A stretch of DNA of 64,000 nt from Octopus sinensis (GCF_006345805.1 NC_043006.1:92504001-92568000), one strand, 5' to 3'; shown: positions 42,002-56,893, counted from the first letter of the stretch. Notes: a model not told the origin generated them from the sequence alone. Numbers and translations are program-made.

Positions 42002-42951
42002 ACTGTCTGTCTGCCTGTCTGTCTGTCTGTCTGTCTGTCTCTGTTCTATCTATCTATCTACAAAATATTTTGAAGTATACTCATATTTAAATGTGTCATA
42101 ATGTAATGATTTGGAAGTAATTAAAAATATCCATTACATAATACAAACTTTATCAAAATGAGAACTTAGTACTTTCGATATATTTTATAGATGTGTTTAT
42201 TATACCATTATTTATGTTTCCAGAGAGAAAGACGTGTATATTTATTAATGTTAACGTGTATATAAGGTGATGGATAGATATCATATATACAGTGTGTCAA
42301 GGTCATAAGTATCTATGATGAATTGACACATCTCACTAGCATAAACATTACTCTCGTGTGTTATAAACATCTTATTGCATTTTTATCTCTGTCAAAGAAA
42401 GGAAGGTCTGCTGTTGAAAGAACAGCCGCTATTGCCAAGAATGCAGCACCAGCTAATCTAAAGACACTCTTTGTTGACCTGTCACGACAGGAGATAACAA
42501 TACCATGCTTATATATCATATGTGTGTGTGTGTGTGTGTGTGTTTGAAATTATATAACAAGTTCTCGACAAGAACGTAGTGTTGAGAGAAAATTACGTAA
42601 AACTGTATGAGGAATTATGACAGATACATAAAAGCCTCTCTAATACATTGAATGCTAATAATGCCTAAGTTATTGTAAGAAAGTATCGAAAATCTACCAT
42701 TTTGTGAATTTATAAAAGCTGTAAATGCATTTCATTGGTTGTTACAGCCAGTTCCTATACATGTATTATTTTTTCTGGAAGCTCTTTTTATTCTGACTGT
42801 ACCATTTTTCTCTCGTTAGTCTAAACACGGATCGATATTTTTCTCTTCGTCGTCATATAAATTTGTGAAATATTGCCGACGTGATATGTCAATCTTCAGC
42901 ACTAAAGGCATAGCAGAATCTTGTAAAATATTTCTTGAGGATTGTTTGTAC

Positions 42952-43005
<54 letters not shown>

Positions 43006-44016
43006 CGTGCAGAAAATAATAGTTTTGTATATATGCTTACATATTCATCCCCTATACACACAAATATACACACCCAGAAACACACACACACAAACACATA
43101 CACACACATACACTTACACACATACGTACACACACACGCACAAACATGCACACTTATACACACACATATGTTGATGACTTATATATGTACATGTTTGAAA
43201 ATATAAATATTTATACGTGAATGTTATTGAATAAATACAGAATGAGAGAAAGAAAATTAGAAAAGAGTGATAGGCGTCAAGATCTGCAGAGCCTGTACAC
43301 AATGAAGGAAGTGAAGGAATGGGCGAACAAAAGAGAGACTATTCTTCCCTGAGTATTCTTCATTCCATAATCCATCTATCCATAACAATATGACACCAGT
43401 ACAGAAAGTATACTTCTGAACTAAATATAATACATGTTTTGTTAAGTCCCTGTCATCTCGCTGTCAATTCAAAGAAACAAATATCAACTTGTTGAGTTAT
43501 GGTCACTATTTGACCTGGGTAAGTTCTAACGGAATGTGGTTTCATATGGCTAATACATTTACTGAAGAATTAAGCCGCGGTTTCGTCATTTACTCAATAT
43601 ACAAAAAATATGCATAGAAGAAATGCCATCAGTAGTTATCTCAGATCCAGTCGTTTCCATTCAGTAATAATGCATTGATTTTAATCTAACCGAGTACGCT
43701 ATTTCTACAAATATAAACTGTCCCTAGATAACAACAATATCCATACATATTGCAGCGTATAGGTACCTTATGATTAAATACATTCGGATCAGTTCAGTTG
43801 TGGAAGCATGCACCTTGGTAGCACGTTGCTTAATTCACTATATTTTTTATATATTCGGGTGTTCTCCTGAGTGAATTGTAGATCAGAATCCCTGTCAATC
43901 TCTATCACCGTGCGGTACCTCCTCACCTGTTGTGACACGTGGTCAACCAAAATACGCCATAAAATAAGCGTCTGTTTAAATAGTTGTAAATGTAATCATT
44001 ATATTTCAATACATAA

Positions 44017-44049
<33 letters not shown>

Positions 44050-44383
44050 AGATAGAATGTGTATTTGAGGACGCTTAATTCTCAGTGTATTTCGTCATTT
44101 AAATCAAATAAGAACCATATTTCTTTCAGATCTTTCATGACAAATAAAATGATAATACAGGAAATGAAAACATGCAGCCATGGTTGCTTTATGAAGTAGA
44201 CCTGCGGACATTATCTGAAATTTAATTGGTCACAAATACCTGCAGCCAATTAACGATGCCTCTCTCCTCCAAATTCTAAGCACAACTCTAGGACCGATGA
44301 ATAATGATTAAACATAATCTTTTGGCTAAAGTAACTGATTGACATGCGCAACTCAAGATACTTTTAGATGTTAACTCTAGATG

Positions 44384-44570
44384 TAGGCATGTGTGTATGG
44401 TTAAGAATTTCGATTTTCAAATATGTGGAACCAGTTTGAGTCCCAATGCGCGATATTTTGGACAATAGCCTTCGAACATAGCCTCGGGCCGACCAATCCT
44501 TGTGAGTGAAATTGGCAGACGGAAAATGTATGAACATACGTGTAATTGTGTTTGTTCATCCTCCACAACA
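44384..44570 (+). mobile_element. SINE family B, decayed
   Basis: atagcctcgggccgaccaatccttgtgagtgaaattggcagacggaaa matches the family B body. Confidence 0.75.
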
Positions 44571-45473
44571 AATGATGTCAGTGGTTCGTTAATAGAAAGC
44601 GTCGTCAGTTCACATCACTTTGACCTAAAGATCGATAAATTTGCTAAAATATAAAATCCATCTCAATCTTAAAATCAACAATTCAATTTTGCAAGCTTGA
44701 GACAACGTCCCCAATGTGTAAATCTGATTATCTTAGTTTCACACATGAAACGATAAATATTTTCTCATCTGCTCGCAATTTCTAAGCTATAATCTTTTAA
44801 TCCAAAATAAAAACCGCTAATATTAAGAAAAATAAAGTATTTGTCTCTTAAATAGTAAATAAGCTCTATATAGCATTAAGCACAGAGTTCAACAAATATA
44901 TTTATACATTTTTTCAACTTCCTTTTCACAACCGACAATAACTAAATCGGATTAAATTGTAAATGAAAAAAATAATTCGTATCAATTTTAGTCTCCTTAA
45001 ATCTCTTACAAACAAACTGTATTTTCTTTCTCAGCGAGAAAGAAAATGCAATTTTTATAATATTGTGGCAGACAGTGTAATGTATAGGAATATTTTTTTG
45101 TAATTTGTAACTACGTTTTCATACATAATATCATGTTAATACCGAGGTTATCATTATATCAGAGACAGAAAAAAGGTACAAGCGTCTCATTTAGCTTGCT
45201 GTAATCACAATACGCTAGCTCTAACTTCTATAATGGAGAAAAATTTCTAACGTGTACTAGGAATCAAATATTGAAGGAGTGAAAATATATTATACTTTTA
45301 TAAGAACAGAAGTCAGATCGAAGGTCAACAGGTCAAAACGTCGAAGTCACTATCTTTCCATTTCTTGTAAATGTGTATGTATTCTTAATAAGTGTATTGA
45401 GGTGTTCTTAGGTTTCATGTTAAATTGAGTTTATTTATAAATCGATATAAGAATTAACATTGATGTTTGTATG

Positions 45474-45526
<53 letters not shown>

Positions 45527-45588
45527 TATTCATTTTTACATTTTTATTTAAGAAATGAACGCCCCGCAGCCTGTTAACAGTATATATG

Positions 45589-45640
<52 letters not shown>

Positions 45641-45661
45641 TATATGTATGCATATATGTAT

Positions 45662-45727
<66 letters not shown>

Positions 45728-46455
45728 CATTTGTTTGTTTATATATGCTGTTATAATACAAACAGTTTTACACTATTCTGATGAGTTACACTATACTTTT
45801 GTTGAGTACGCATTTATTATTCGTAAACAAAGATATTGGCAATGACTTCAAAGTCACTGTCAATAATATTCTTGTTTAAGAATAACACACACACACACAC
45901 ACACATACATGTGTCTATACATGTAAATTGTTTTCAAGTAGTAGCGTGATCGATATCGACTCCTGATATATGTGAATGTGCTCAACCTGTCAACCCCGTT
46001 GGGGTTTGCATTCAGGATGTAAATGTTGATGTATGTAAATATTGTATTTATCCAACACATCACTAATTTACTTTTGAAACTTTTATATTAGCAATAATAT
46101 TAACAAAACTCAGAACTACAGAACTATCAATAATCATTAGTGACTTATGATCATTGTCGTTAATTGTAGCATACACGATACAGAGTTAGACGACTGGTTT
46201 TGTGGATTTAGCTGCGTCTCGTGATCTGTACTAAACACTCGAAATAAATTCACTTCTTCTCCTCCGGGACCTGATAAAGTAGAAGCCTGTTATGGCGATT
46301 GTTTTCTCTCTGTCCCTCTATTAATATTTTTGATACTCTGCTTATTTTAGACATAGGTTTCGTTTAAAACAGAATTACAGTTATGAGTAACAGTAAACGT
46401 TATAATAGCTGCAGTGTAAAGCTAATAATACTTGTAATATTAGCGCTGGTAATAA

Positions 46456-46645
46456 GGCAGCGAGACAACAGTCTTTACGTTCTGAGTTCAAATTCCGCCG
46501 AGGTCTACTTTGCCTTTCATCCTTTTGGGTTCGATTAAATAAGTACCAGTTACACACTGAGGTCGATGTAATCGACTTAATCCCTTTTTCTATCCTTGTT
46601 TGTCCCCTCCGTGTTTAGCCTTTTGTGGGCAGTAAAGAAATAAAT
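46456..46645 (+). mobile_element. SINE family A with deleted tRNA head
   Basis: Core and tail match 16070-16236. Flanked by the direct repeat attagcgctggtaataa. Confidence 0.88.
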
Positions 46646-46674
46646 AATACTAGTATTATTAGCGCTGGTAATAA

Positions 46675-46900
46675 GGCATCGAGCTGGCTGAATGGTTAGC
46701 ACGCCAGGCAAAACGTTTAGCGACATTTCGTCAGCCTTTACGTTCTGAGTTCAAATTCCGCCGAGGTCGACTTTGCCTTTCATCCCTTCGGGTTCAATAA
46801 AATAAGTACCATTTGAACGCTGGAATCGGTGTAATCGACCTCGACCACCCCACATACACACACTCAAACGTGATGACCTTATACCAAACTTTGAAACCGA
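46675..46900 (+). mobile_element. SINE family A, full head, alternative tail
   Basis: gagctggctgaatggttagcacgcc...gttctgagttcaaattccgccgaggtcgactttgcc, then tail gaccttataccaaactttgaaacc. Confidence 0.88.
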
Positions 46901-47707
46901 TATTAGTACTGGTAGTGATGCTATGTATTATTACTAATTCAAATTGTATCGAAAAGGTATACAGATTTCCCTTTCTCTTGTGTTTTTAATAATTGTGAAT
47001 AAATATATTTATATAATATGTGAGATTAGATTAGTTAATAAGATTAAAGTATTTTATAAGCGGATTGAACGTTTAGAGGATTGGTTGAAGAATGAGTTAA
47101 GCTTCATTGAATGCAAAAACAAAGTAAGAAAATATATTTTATAAATAATCTTACTTTGCCACCCTCATGAAAACAATTCCTATAAAAGACAGATTGTGCT
47201 TTCAAATAAATTGTTTTGTTATTCAGCAAGAACTAAGATATTCTCAGCGGAGGTGTTAAGTGCGAAAATTTACATAATAAAATATGGCAAACAATAATTG
47301 ATCAGAGGATTATTTCAAAATCTCCCATAATTACATTGTGATTGATCTATAATGGATTTTTGAATTTACGATAGACAAAAACAACTAAGTAATTTCCTAT
47401 TTCAAACTCTAAACTCTTTCTCGTTTTCAAACAACACACAAACTTTTTAAGTTCGTTGTTGTGTGAAGTAGATTCAATTTTTGTTATTCATTCGTTTTAT
47501 TTCAAACAGAAAGAGCACATAAAATAAACAATGTAGTACTGACATAGTATAAGGGGTTTATTTGGCTGTTAAATTGCAAATGCTGATTTCCCACAACGAA
47601 ATAATTCTTTATCAATATAATATGAAGTAAGCGTCGTACTAATATGTTGATTTCTGAATTTGAAACCATGCGACAAGTTTGGATGCGATTACCTCTACTG
47701 ATTAAGG

Positions 47708-49700
47708 CAGTGATTCTCGACCTGTGTGCCGCGAACTTTTGAACGACACGCTAAGAAAATGCGAAAAACCACATGATCCCAATTGAGTATTCACAGTCTA
47801 TGGTGTGACATTTTGCACCACATAGCATTGTTCATTTATGAATGAGTCAAATATTTTCAAATGTCGCAATACTATTAGGTTGTCAAGAAAGTTCTTGCGC
47901 TTTTTAACCTTTAAATTCAGATGCACATATCTTCGCTCAAACAAAACTTTAGTAATCGAAATAAACACCATCAGAATCAACACACTTTTTCCAACGCGAA
48001 ACAAGTTTATTTCCTGCGTTCTGGTGGCGAAGAAGTCGTTGAAGGCGTGTTTGGCAACGTCTTGGTTTTTGAAGCATTTCTCACGCAGGAAGTTGTCGAG
48101 ATGCTTGAAAAGGGGTAGTCGGTAGGTGAGAGGTCTGGTGAGTATGGCGGATGATCAGAGTTTCGTAGCCCAATTCGTTCAACTTCTGCAGGGTCAGTTG
48201 TGCGACGTGCGGCTGAGCGTTGTCGTGGAGAAGAACTAGTCCTTTTCTATTGACCAATGCTGGCTGTTGTTGTCGGGGTTTCTTATGCATTTCATCCATT
48301 TGCTGACAGTACCTCTCCGCTATAATGGTTTCGCCTAGATCCAAAAAGCTGTGATGGATGAGACCGGCCGCAGACCACCAAACAATCACCATGACTTTCT
48401 TTTGGTGCAACTTTGGCTTCGGAAAATGCCGTGGAGCTTCGTCAGCGTCCAACCACTGAGCTGAGCGTCAAGGTTATCGTAAAGAATCAACTGTTCATCG
48501 CAATCACAATCCGGTTGAAAAACGGATCGTTCTTATTGCGTAAGAGAGGAGAAAACCACACTTCAAAACGGCATTTTATTTATTGTTCAATTCGTGTTGC
48601 ACCTATTTCTCTAGCATTTTGTCCCCAATCTCTTTCAAATGATTGAAAATTGTCGTCTACATCACGTCCAATTCAGAAGCAAGCTCTCGAACAGTTGTGC
48701 GTGGATTGGCTTCGACTAAGGCTCTTGGTATTTCGCTTGTCAACATCCGATGGCCGACCACTACGCTTATCATCTTCAAGATTCTCGTCACCACCATTGT
48801 GCTGTACGTTCATTAGTGGTTCTTGGGCCAAACGCATCGTTGATATTGCGAGCTGTTTCAGCAGCTTTTCGGCCTAGCTTGAACTGGAATAAGAAAATTG
48901 TGCGAATTTGCTTTTTGTTCATGTTCTATTCAAAGTCCCGGAAAAAATGGTCAATAATATAAAAAGGTAAGCCAGTGAAGTCACGTTAATTTAATCAAGC
49001 GTGCAAAGAGATGGACTCTCAGCATGTTCAGTTCTTAATGCACACTGAGATTCGCTGGCTGCTAAAAGGCAAAGCACTAAATCATGTTCACGAACTGCAC
49101 AAGGTATTACTATCATTTTTTTCTCCAGGAAAAGCAGGAGAAATTCTGTGAATACCTTAGCTGTGAACCTTCGATATCTAAAATGGAATACCAAACAGAA
49201 ATATGTAATGAACTAAATAAAACAAACAAGGTAAAAGCGAAAATATTCTCACTTCAATAGACAAGTTCGTCGCTTTCAAAAAGAAAATTGTGATTTGGCA
49301 AGAAAAGATCAATCACTGGTAATTTTGATATGTTCCGTTTATTGCATTGTTCTACCTGCATTGAGAAAGAATCCCTATTGTGGTTACTCATTTGAGAGCC
49401 CTGGACGAAAGCATCAGCAATTACTTTCCGTCATTAAAGACAGAAAAGTATGATTGCATTAGAGGTTCTTTCATAAATCACTCTTCTAACATTGAATTCG
49501 AGTTACAGGAAGAATTGGCCTCCGTTTCTAGTGACCGAGGGTTAAAATTAAAACATTTGACTCTGCCCATTTTGGACTTCAATTCAAGAGGAGAATCCCA
49601 TATTCTATAAGAAAGCTTTAATAATTTTACTACAATTTTCAACGTCTTATATACGTGAATTAGGCTTCTCAACATTAAACAACATCTAAAACAAGAAGCA
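47708..49700 (+). mobile_element. hAT (Charlie/Buster-like) transposon relic interrupted by a mariner
   Basis: TIR-like cagtgattctcgacctgtgtgccgcg at 47708. Transposase pieces AFKKKIVIWQEKI, THLRALDESISNYFP, LQEELA, KALIILLQFSTSYIRELGFST (hAT dimerisation motif) at ~49260-49680. Linking the two parts is inferred. Confidence 0.7.
47873..49010 (-). mobile_element. Mariner transposon relic (Hsmar1/cecropia-like)
   Basis: PKPKLHQKKVMVIVWW, ERYCQQMDEM, LLHDNAQPH, LQKLNELGYETL, SPTDY, FKHLDNFL. TIR tattaggttgtcaagaaagttc at 47873. The far end is uncertain. Confidence 0.9.
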
Positions 49701-50541
49701 TAAGAGATTATGTACAACGGAAGAAGAAACGAGGGAAAGTCTGTCTCATATTCGACCAAACAGTGAGGAAATTATGAATAAAGAAAAATTGTACATATTG
49801 TATGAAGATAAGTGGTAAAACACGATTTGGAGAGAGGAGGAATGATATATTGAAAGATAAAAATCGAAAATCAGAATAGCGAATAAATATAGACTCAAAC
49901 AAAATGTTAAAGGAGGACGCAGTGAAGTTTTTACTCGACATGATCGGGAGATTCAGACAGGAAAAATAGCTACTCAACAGCAACACTGTCGCTCCTGAAT
50001 TCACAGAGCAAATTTACGCAGGATAAATTTATTTTTGCAAATAAAGAAATAGAGAATTAGCGAAAGCATCTCATGCTTTCTTTTAGGGTCCTCAATATTA
50101 CAAATTTACTTTACATCGAAGTCCCAACAAACGTTCGTAGGCGTGGGGCCAGATTTTCACCCATACAGCATCTTTTTTTGCTCGAGGTCAATATCAAATT
50201 AAATATGTCCCATGAAGAAAATACATCAATTAATCGATCTTGTAATTGTTTATTTTGTCTTAGAATTTTGAAGGAGAGTGTAAGAGTGATAAAAAGTTCA
50301 GAACAGAAAAATTTAGAAAAACTTTTTACGCTGTACGTATAGGAAATTTGATAAAAACACCAATCCTAGAACTTAGAATTAGATTCCAAAGTCACAAAAA
50401 TTGAATATGTAGAATATAACCAGAACACAGCACAACTTAACTTCAGACTACTTCAGATATAGAGCTTAAATCACCTTATTATTGCAAGAATTGACGTTGT
50501 AACTTGATTCAAGTAAGTACTACATGAGGAACATAGTGCAT

Positions 50542-50578
<37 letters not shown>

Positions 50579-51309
50579 CATATATATGCATGTGTGCGTG
50601 TGTGCATATACATACATGTATGTGTGTGTGTGTGTATGTATGTACACATACGTAAATACATTTGGATATAACAGTAACCCTAGCAGAAAAAAGTAGCTGA
50701 ATCGGCAACGCGAAATAAAGTTACAGCTTAAAAATTGCCTCCGGTAATACATCAGTGTCGCCATTTATAAATTTATGATCCTACTATCTTGTCTGCTTTC
50801 CTCTAAAGGGTTGTATTTCTCTGAATTTGGTAAATATCCTTCTACTAAGAAATGTGAAACAAAAGATAGGGAGAAAAGAAAACACCTAGATTCCAAATTC
50901 ACTGTAATTGGAATAAGATCTTACTAAGCACTTGAATAACAATTCCATTTATAAGTAAAGAAAATAACAAATCTCAAGGAGTTCACCCTCCTGTTTCATT
51001 CATACTTCATTTACTACGAATAATTTGAATCCCCTTTGGGTGAACCATTCACTTGTTTAACAAGGACTGTACTATACGATTTTAAGCTATTTACAGCACT
51101 CCTTGTAAACTACCACATCATTGATGATGGAAAGTGGATTGTTTCGACATAGCATTAAAAGTTCTCATATACGCTGTTTGTTTTAAGGAATATTGCAACT
51201 GACACTATTCCAACTAAACTGAGATTAAATTAGAGTTGCAAAACTACTCTTTCTGAATTCCATTGTCGTTTCCCTTCTATATATTAAGATATTTAATGAG
51301 AATAATTGT

Positions 51310-53311
51310 TACTGAGTGTGATGCTTTCTTGTTTTCATATTTTCAGACAAGATTTAACATCCAGTCCGCAGAGTTTTTCAGGTAGGTGTCTAGGCCAATT
51401 GTGGCAATCTTCATTATTAATGCCAGTTTTCTTGGCAGATAAAATCGTTGTATATCTGCCTTAGGGTGGTGCATCCTATGCATTGTCAACAGTTTTCGTA
51501 TTTTTCTGTCATGATTACATATTTCAGTAATTGACCAGTTAACGATGTTGAAACTGTAAGTCACGACGGGTATGGCTAGAGCATTGATCGCTTCTATCCT
51601 GTTTCTCGCATTCAGCTCTGTCTTGAGAATTGCTCTTACTCTGCAATAACATTCTCTCCTGATCCTTTCATTCATCACTGAATGCATTATTCCGTTCCTA
51701 TCAATTACTCCTAGGTATTTGTGGCTCTCCGCTGGGTCTAATTCTTTTATGACATTCTGCTGGTCAAGGTTAACGTTAGATGTTTCTGTCATTTTTCCTT
51801 TGATAAAGGTAGCTTTTGCACACTTATCGAGGCCAAATTGCATTCTGATGTCATCACTTAATTGTTTAACAATCGCTAGTAAGCCCTTGAGTTGTTGGTC
51901 ATTTTTTGCAAAGAGCTTTAAATCATCCATATAAATGAGATTATTTATATTTTTATCAAACATTTTATATCTGTACTGTGCATCATTGAACAATTTTGAG
52001 AGAGGTATTAAGGCTAAACAGAAGAGGAGTGGTGATAGTGAGTCACCCTGGAAAATGCCACATGAAATTTTTACATCTCCAGCATTTAGAGATTCATCGT
52101 CACTGTTCAAAGTTAGTTACTCACAGACAAAAAGTTTCGCAGAGTAGGCGCTATTTTGTACATTTCCAGGCATTTCTTTATCCAGCTATGTGGTAGGCTA
52201 TCAAAAGCCTTTTTATAGTCTATCCAGGCTATTGATAAGTTTTTGTGTCGTTTGTGACAATCTTCTAAATCATCCTATTGATGAGTAGCTGATCTTTACA
52301 ACCATAGGATCCACTTTACATCCTTTCTGTTCATTAGGGAATATGCTGCTGTCTATCCGTCAGGACAGATGTTAGCGTTTTATACATAGTTATTAAGCAA
52401 GTTATGGGTCTATAGTTTTTTGGTTCATTTGTTTCTTCACTTTTTGGGAGCAGGAATGTTATACCATTAACTAGCCAGGTAGGCATCCTACTAGGGTGTT
52501 GCAAAACATCATTGTAAAGTTCTCTTAACAGTTCATGTCTCTCTGGGAAGGCATTCAACCAGAAGTTAGGAATTTTATCCTTTCCTGGAGACTTCCATTT
52601 GCTTGACCTCGTGAGAGCAGATCTTATATCTTCAACCTTGACACCCTCCCACTTTTGCTCCTCTATCAATCCAAGGTGCTTTTTCGTTGTGTGTTTTTTC
52701 TTCTGCCCAAATATTATTCCAAAATCCCTGCACTTCTTCTTTTGATGGTACAGACTTTACAGTAACTGGTGTTTTCCCTATCTTCCGGTAAAATTTTTGG
52801 AGTTATTTTTGAACATGTTGTTGTCCATGAAGAATCTAACATGCTTTTCATACCTCGCTATGCGGGCAGCTTTGGCGAATATCTTTTGTTTGATGGTTTC
52901 TATGGTGGCATCAATGTCAAGTATGGTTTTCATATTATATTTTTTCTTTAATTTTCGGGTTTTTGTAGGTTTGGTAGTCTTGTCAAACTTAAGGTTTTTC
53001 AAACATTCTATGTCAGATCTAAGTAGCTAAATTTGGTGTTGGATACGCTCTTGCCAAGGTTTTTTGTGGGAATGTTGCCGTTTTCTAATCTTTTCAACAT
53101 ATAGAATCGTTGAGATTTTCGCGGATGCATAGTACAGGTGGTTGAGATTTGTGATATCAACATTATTAGCTGAAATTATATCCTTGAGTGCAAGGCGGAT
53201 TTTACCAATTATTTTCAGGTTTTGGTTAGAATCGCGGATTGTTGGGAGAGTATCGCGTTCATCCATGCTGGTTTAACGCGATACTCTCCCAAAAATCCGC
53301 AATTCTAACCA
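51310..53311 (-). mobile_element. R4/Dong-clade LINE, second copy (N-terminal region and RT, 3' end lost)
   Basis: WKSPGKDKIPNFWL, NYRPITCL, GIFQGDSLSPLLFC, YMDDLKL. Nearly identical to 5480-6310 over the shared part. Confidence 0.95.
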
Positions 53312-55561
53312 GTTATTGGTACTACCACCATTTTCGTCGACCACAACTGCTTAACCTACCAAGCTAACTTGTTATATCTGTCGACTTTTCTTTCTTCCTT
53401 CCTTATTGCATACCTTGTTGTCACTTGGTATGAAATACCAATTTTAATTATTAAACAATTAAGTACTTATGGTTGGAAGTATAGTGGAAGTGAAGTTCAA
53501 TTTTGAGTGGTGCTTAGAGGAAAAGAAATATATCAAATATTGTTCTGTTGATCATATTCAAGTGAAAAATATTGCGCATGTTGGCAAACGAGGTCAATCA
53601 TGAGCATCAAAATTGTTAAGACAGAATACGCAGCGTTTAAATCTAGTGGATATTATTAAAGTCTTTAACAGTAGCTTGTTTATCAAGTTTGAGCTAAAAC
53701 CGACCTGGGTTTCTATCATCGTACATAAGTTCAAAGAAGGCGTCTTGCACTAGCTGTATGAAATAAATTTATGTAATATATCTATGGATAAATAAGGTAA
53801 GAGCGTATATCCCTTCATGTGTGCAAGCAATGCGAACTAAAGTAGTCACAAGTTCATTGTTAATATTCCTGGCATAAAATACTTGCTAAGGCAAAATATA
53901 TATATATATATATGTACAAGCTGACATCAAGATATTCTAGTATGTTTACAGAAGAGCAGGAGGTAACCTCTTTTAGTTTTCGAATCTAGTAAGAAAGCAT
54001 GCTTTCCTTTTGTATTTAAGTTAGAAAATCATGAAAGTTGGATATTTGTATTTTCGGATCTTTAACCTCGTTGTGACATGTCGGAGATAATTTCTTGTAC
54101 AAATTCACAAGCTGTGCTTTTCTTTTCATTATGACTTCATACAGACTACATAAACGTCAGAGTCTCCTGTCAAATTTTACAAAAATGTTTTTGTATTGTA
54201 CGTAGCTATGGAAATTTGCCAAAAACAGTTTTCATGGCTCTCCCTGGGAGATTCGAAGGAAACCAATACAGACTGTTATTCATTTATTTTTTATACAATT
54301 TTGCTAAATATTTATTCTATGATCTTAAAACAAATTATCTTCTAAGTTTTAGTTCATATATTATGGAAGAGTTTGGACACAACCCTGCATTAACCATCAA
54401 ACAACCAAACGTAATACCGTGCTTCACAAAACGAAGTATCTTCTCATTATTTCAGATTTCATATTTATTTCAGGTCATTCAATGAACACCGACCTTGCTA
54501 AACAATCCGCCATATTATACCTTCATACCAGAGGCCATCAAATGCTTTGTAAATCGTAGCAATATACCATCAGAATCTACTTAACATTGCATTGGCATGG
54601 CGAGCGTATTATATTTCCGTTTATTTTCATTCATTTTTTTGTTTTTGCTATGTTGAGCATAATGACATAACTGTGGAGGTGATTGCTTTAAGAGGTGAAT
54701 TCCATAGTATATGGTACAATCACATCTACAATCGTTCTTACTTGTGTTTCACTCTCATGTAATTAAAATCACTACTTCAGGAGGTCAATCCTTGTATCTC
54801 TTATACATAAAAGTGAATGATATGCGAATAGAAAATATTATCAATGTTGATGCAAAATATATATTTCTAGTCAGTTAACGAGTGCAAACGTCCCTATCAA
54901 GATATTGCGCTTGCATCCTTCTACCTATCGTCGTAAATAAACGGATAACATTTTGAGATATTGTTGGATACATTTATGAAGGTATAAAAATACAAATATA
55001 TATATAACCGTATACGTGCTGGTTTAAGAAATGTTAAGAAATGTTTAGTAAATTTCAGTGCTGTAACATTTTGATGACAATAAAGAAAATACAAATTCAA
55101 TCGTTCTGCGACAACGGAATATTGGAAAGGGTTTTGAAATGGTACAAATCAAGGCTATGACATCCTTGATAAGTTGTAACAATTCTTAAATATAATTATA
55201 CATTAAACAATGTACCTACGACTTTTTCTATAGAACGATTTCGCCCTCAAAACGAAAACTTCTGAGGATTGATGTTAACTCTTTTTTTTTATTTATCCAA
55301 CAAAGTATCTCTAATAAATTTTATTAAGCAGGCATAATTGTTTCTTATGTCTGTACTCGTTAATTGGGGATATTGTATGTGGTATGGCCAAGTTGCACCT
55401 AAGTCACGTCGATAATTATTTTCTGCAAGTTACGTAGCAAATTAATGGTGAGGTTATATTGAAAAGATATCATTAACAAGATGCCAACTATCATATAATG
55501 CAAACACCCAAATTTAACAAGATCGTATGATCTGTTTCCCAAGCAAAGAAATTAAATTATG

Positions 55562-56893
55562 TATGGTAGTGAATTTGTGAACAAAAATATAATTTATTGA
55601 TACTTACATTTCTACCTGATTTTCCTGAATGGGATTTTTACTGTGTATCCTTTAAAGTATGTTCATTATTTACAATAAGTGTTGTAGGAAGTGGTTAACA
55701 ACTAAATAAATTATAACAGGAAAAATGTTTATCTGTAAAATGCCTGATGGAAAAAATTAGAGAACGCATGATGTAAGATTCAAGAAATCAAAATTTTGCA
55801 GTAATGTTTTCATCTTTAAACACCTCCTTAATTATTTTAGCAGTGTTGACATTGTCCAGCATAGAAATTGATTGACGAGTTGGGGATGACTTCATAGCTG
55901 GCACAAAATGCTGCAGAACGATATTTTTGTATATAGCTGCATTCACATTACCATGGATCAGGACCAAAGGCCCAACACCTGTTGCAGAAATCATTCCCCC
56001 ACACCATTAAACTTCCACTTCCAGGATTCACTGAATCCTTCGCGCATTTAGAGAGCAGTCCTTAAAGTTTACCACGATTTTCGTATTGTCCATCATCGGA
56101 GCGAACCAAATTGAACTTGCTTTTATCAGTAAAGTACACACGCGACTAGTTGTTGTCCGTCCAAATTATGCGCTCATTTGCAAAGACTAATCTCGCTTTT
56201 CGTGATGAGAGGTTTAGTGGCGGGGAAATAGGCATGAAGTGCAACATCCTTCAAACGACAGGCCACAGTCTTCCGAGACTCATTCATTTCGTAGTCATGA
56301 TTTACTGGACGAGAAAATCCTGCTACAGTATCAAAACGGTCATTTAACGACACCCTCTGAATCACAGTCTTGCCAAACACTTGTTTTCTTTGGTCTCACT
56401 CCTCGCTTTATTCATGACGCAAGTTTGTTTCTTCATGAAGCTTGGGCCAATATTCGTGAAACAACACTCTTTGATTTGTTAATCTCTCTGTCGATAGCAG
56501 AAATTTCCATTCCTTCTTTTTTTTTCTATCTAATCACTCGCTTCCTGGGGCTTTTATCAACTTCAAGTCTATGATTATCAATTCACTACTGTTCAATATA
56601 AAATCTTCAGACCGCTAGGAGGTCAACGTAGTTTACATCGGTTCGAGTGTTGCCAGATTTTACTTCTTGAATTTTACACTATACGTTCTCCAATTTTTCC
56701 ATCTTGTATTTCTTCAAATAAGCATTTTCTCTATTATAAATCATTTAGTCATTAATCAATTCCTTCAAAATTTATTGCAACTAATGAACACACTTAAAAC
56801 TATATATTGTAAAAATCCCATTCGGAAAATTGAAGTAGAGACGTAAATATCATTAAATTTTATTTCCGTTCTCCAATTTTGGTCACTACTGTA
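55562..56893 (-). mobile_element. Tc1-like (DD34E-type) transposon relic with ~130-bp TIRs
   Basis: FTDKSKFNL, GSLMVWG, ISATGVGPLVLIHGNVNAAIYKNIVLQHFVP, MLDN. 55562-55680 is an imperfect inverted copy of 56770-56893, ending ...cactactgTA. Confidence 0.88.
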
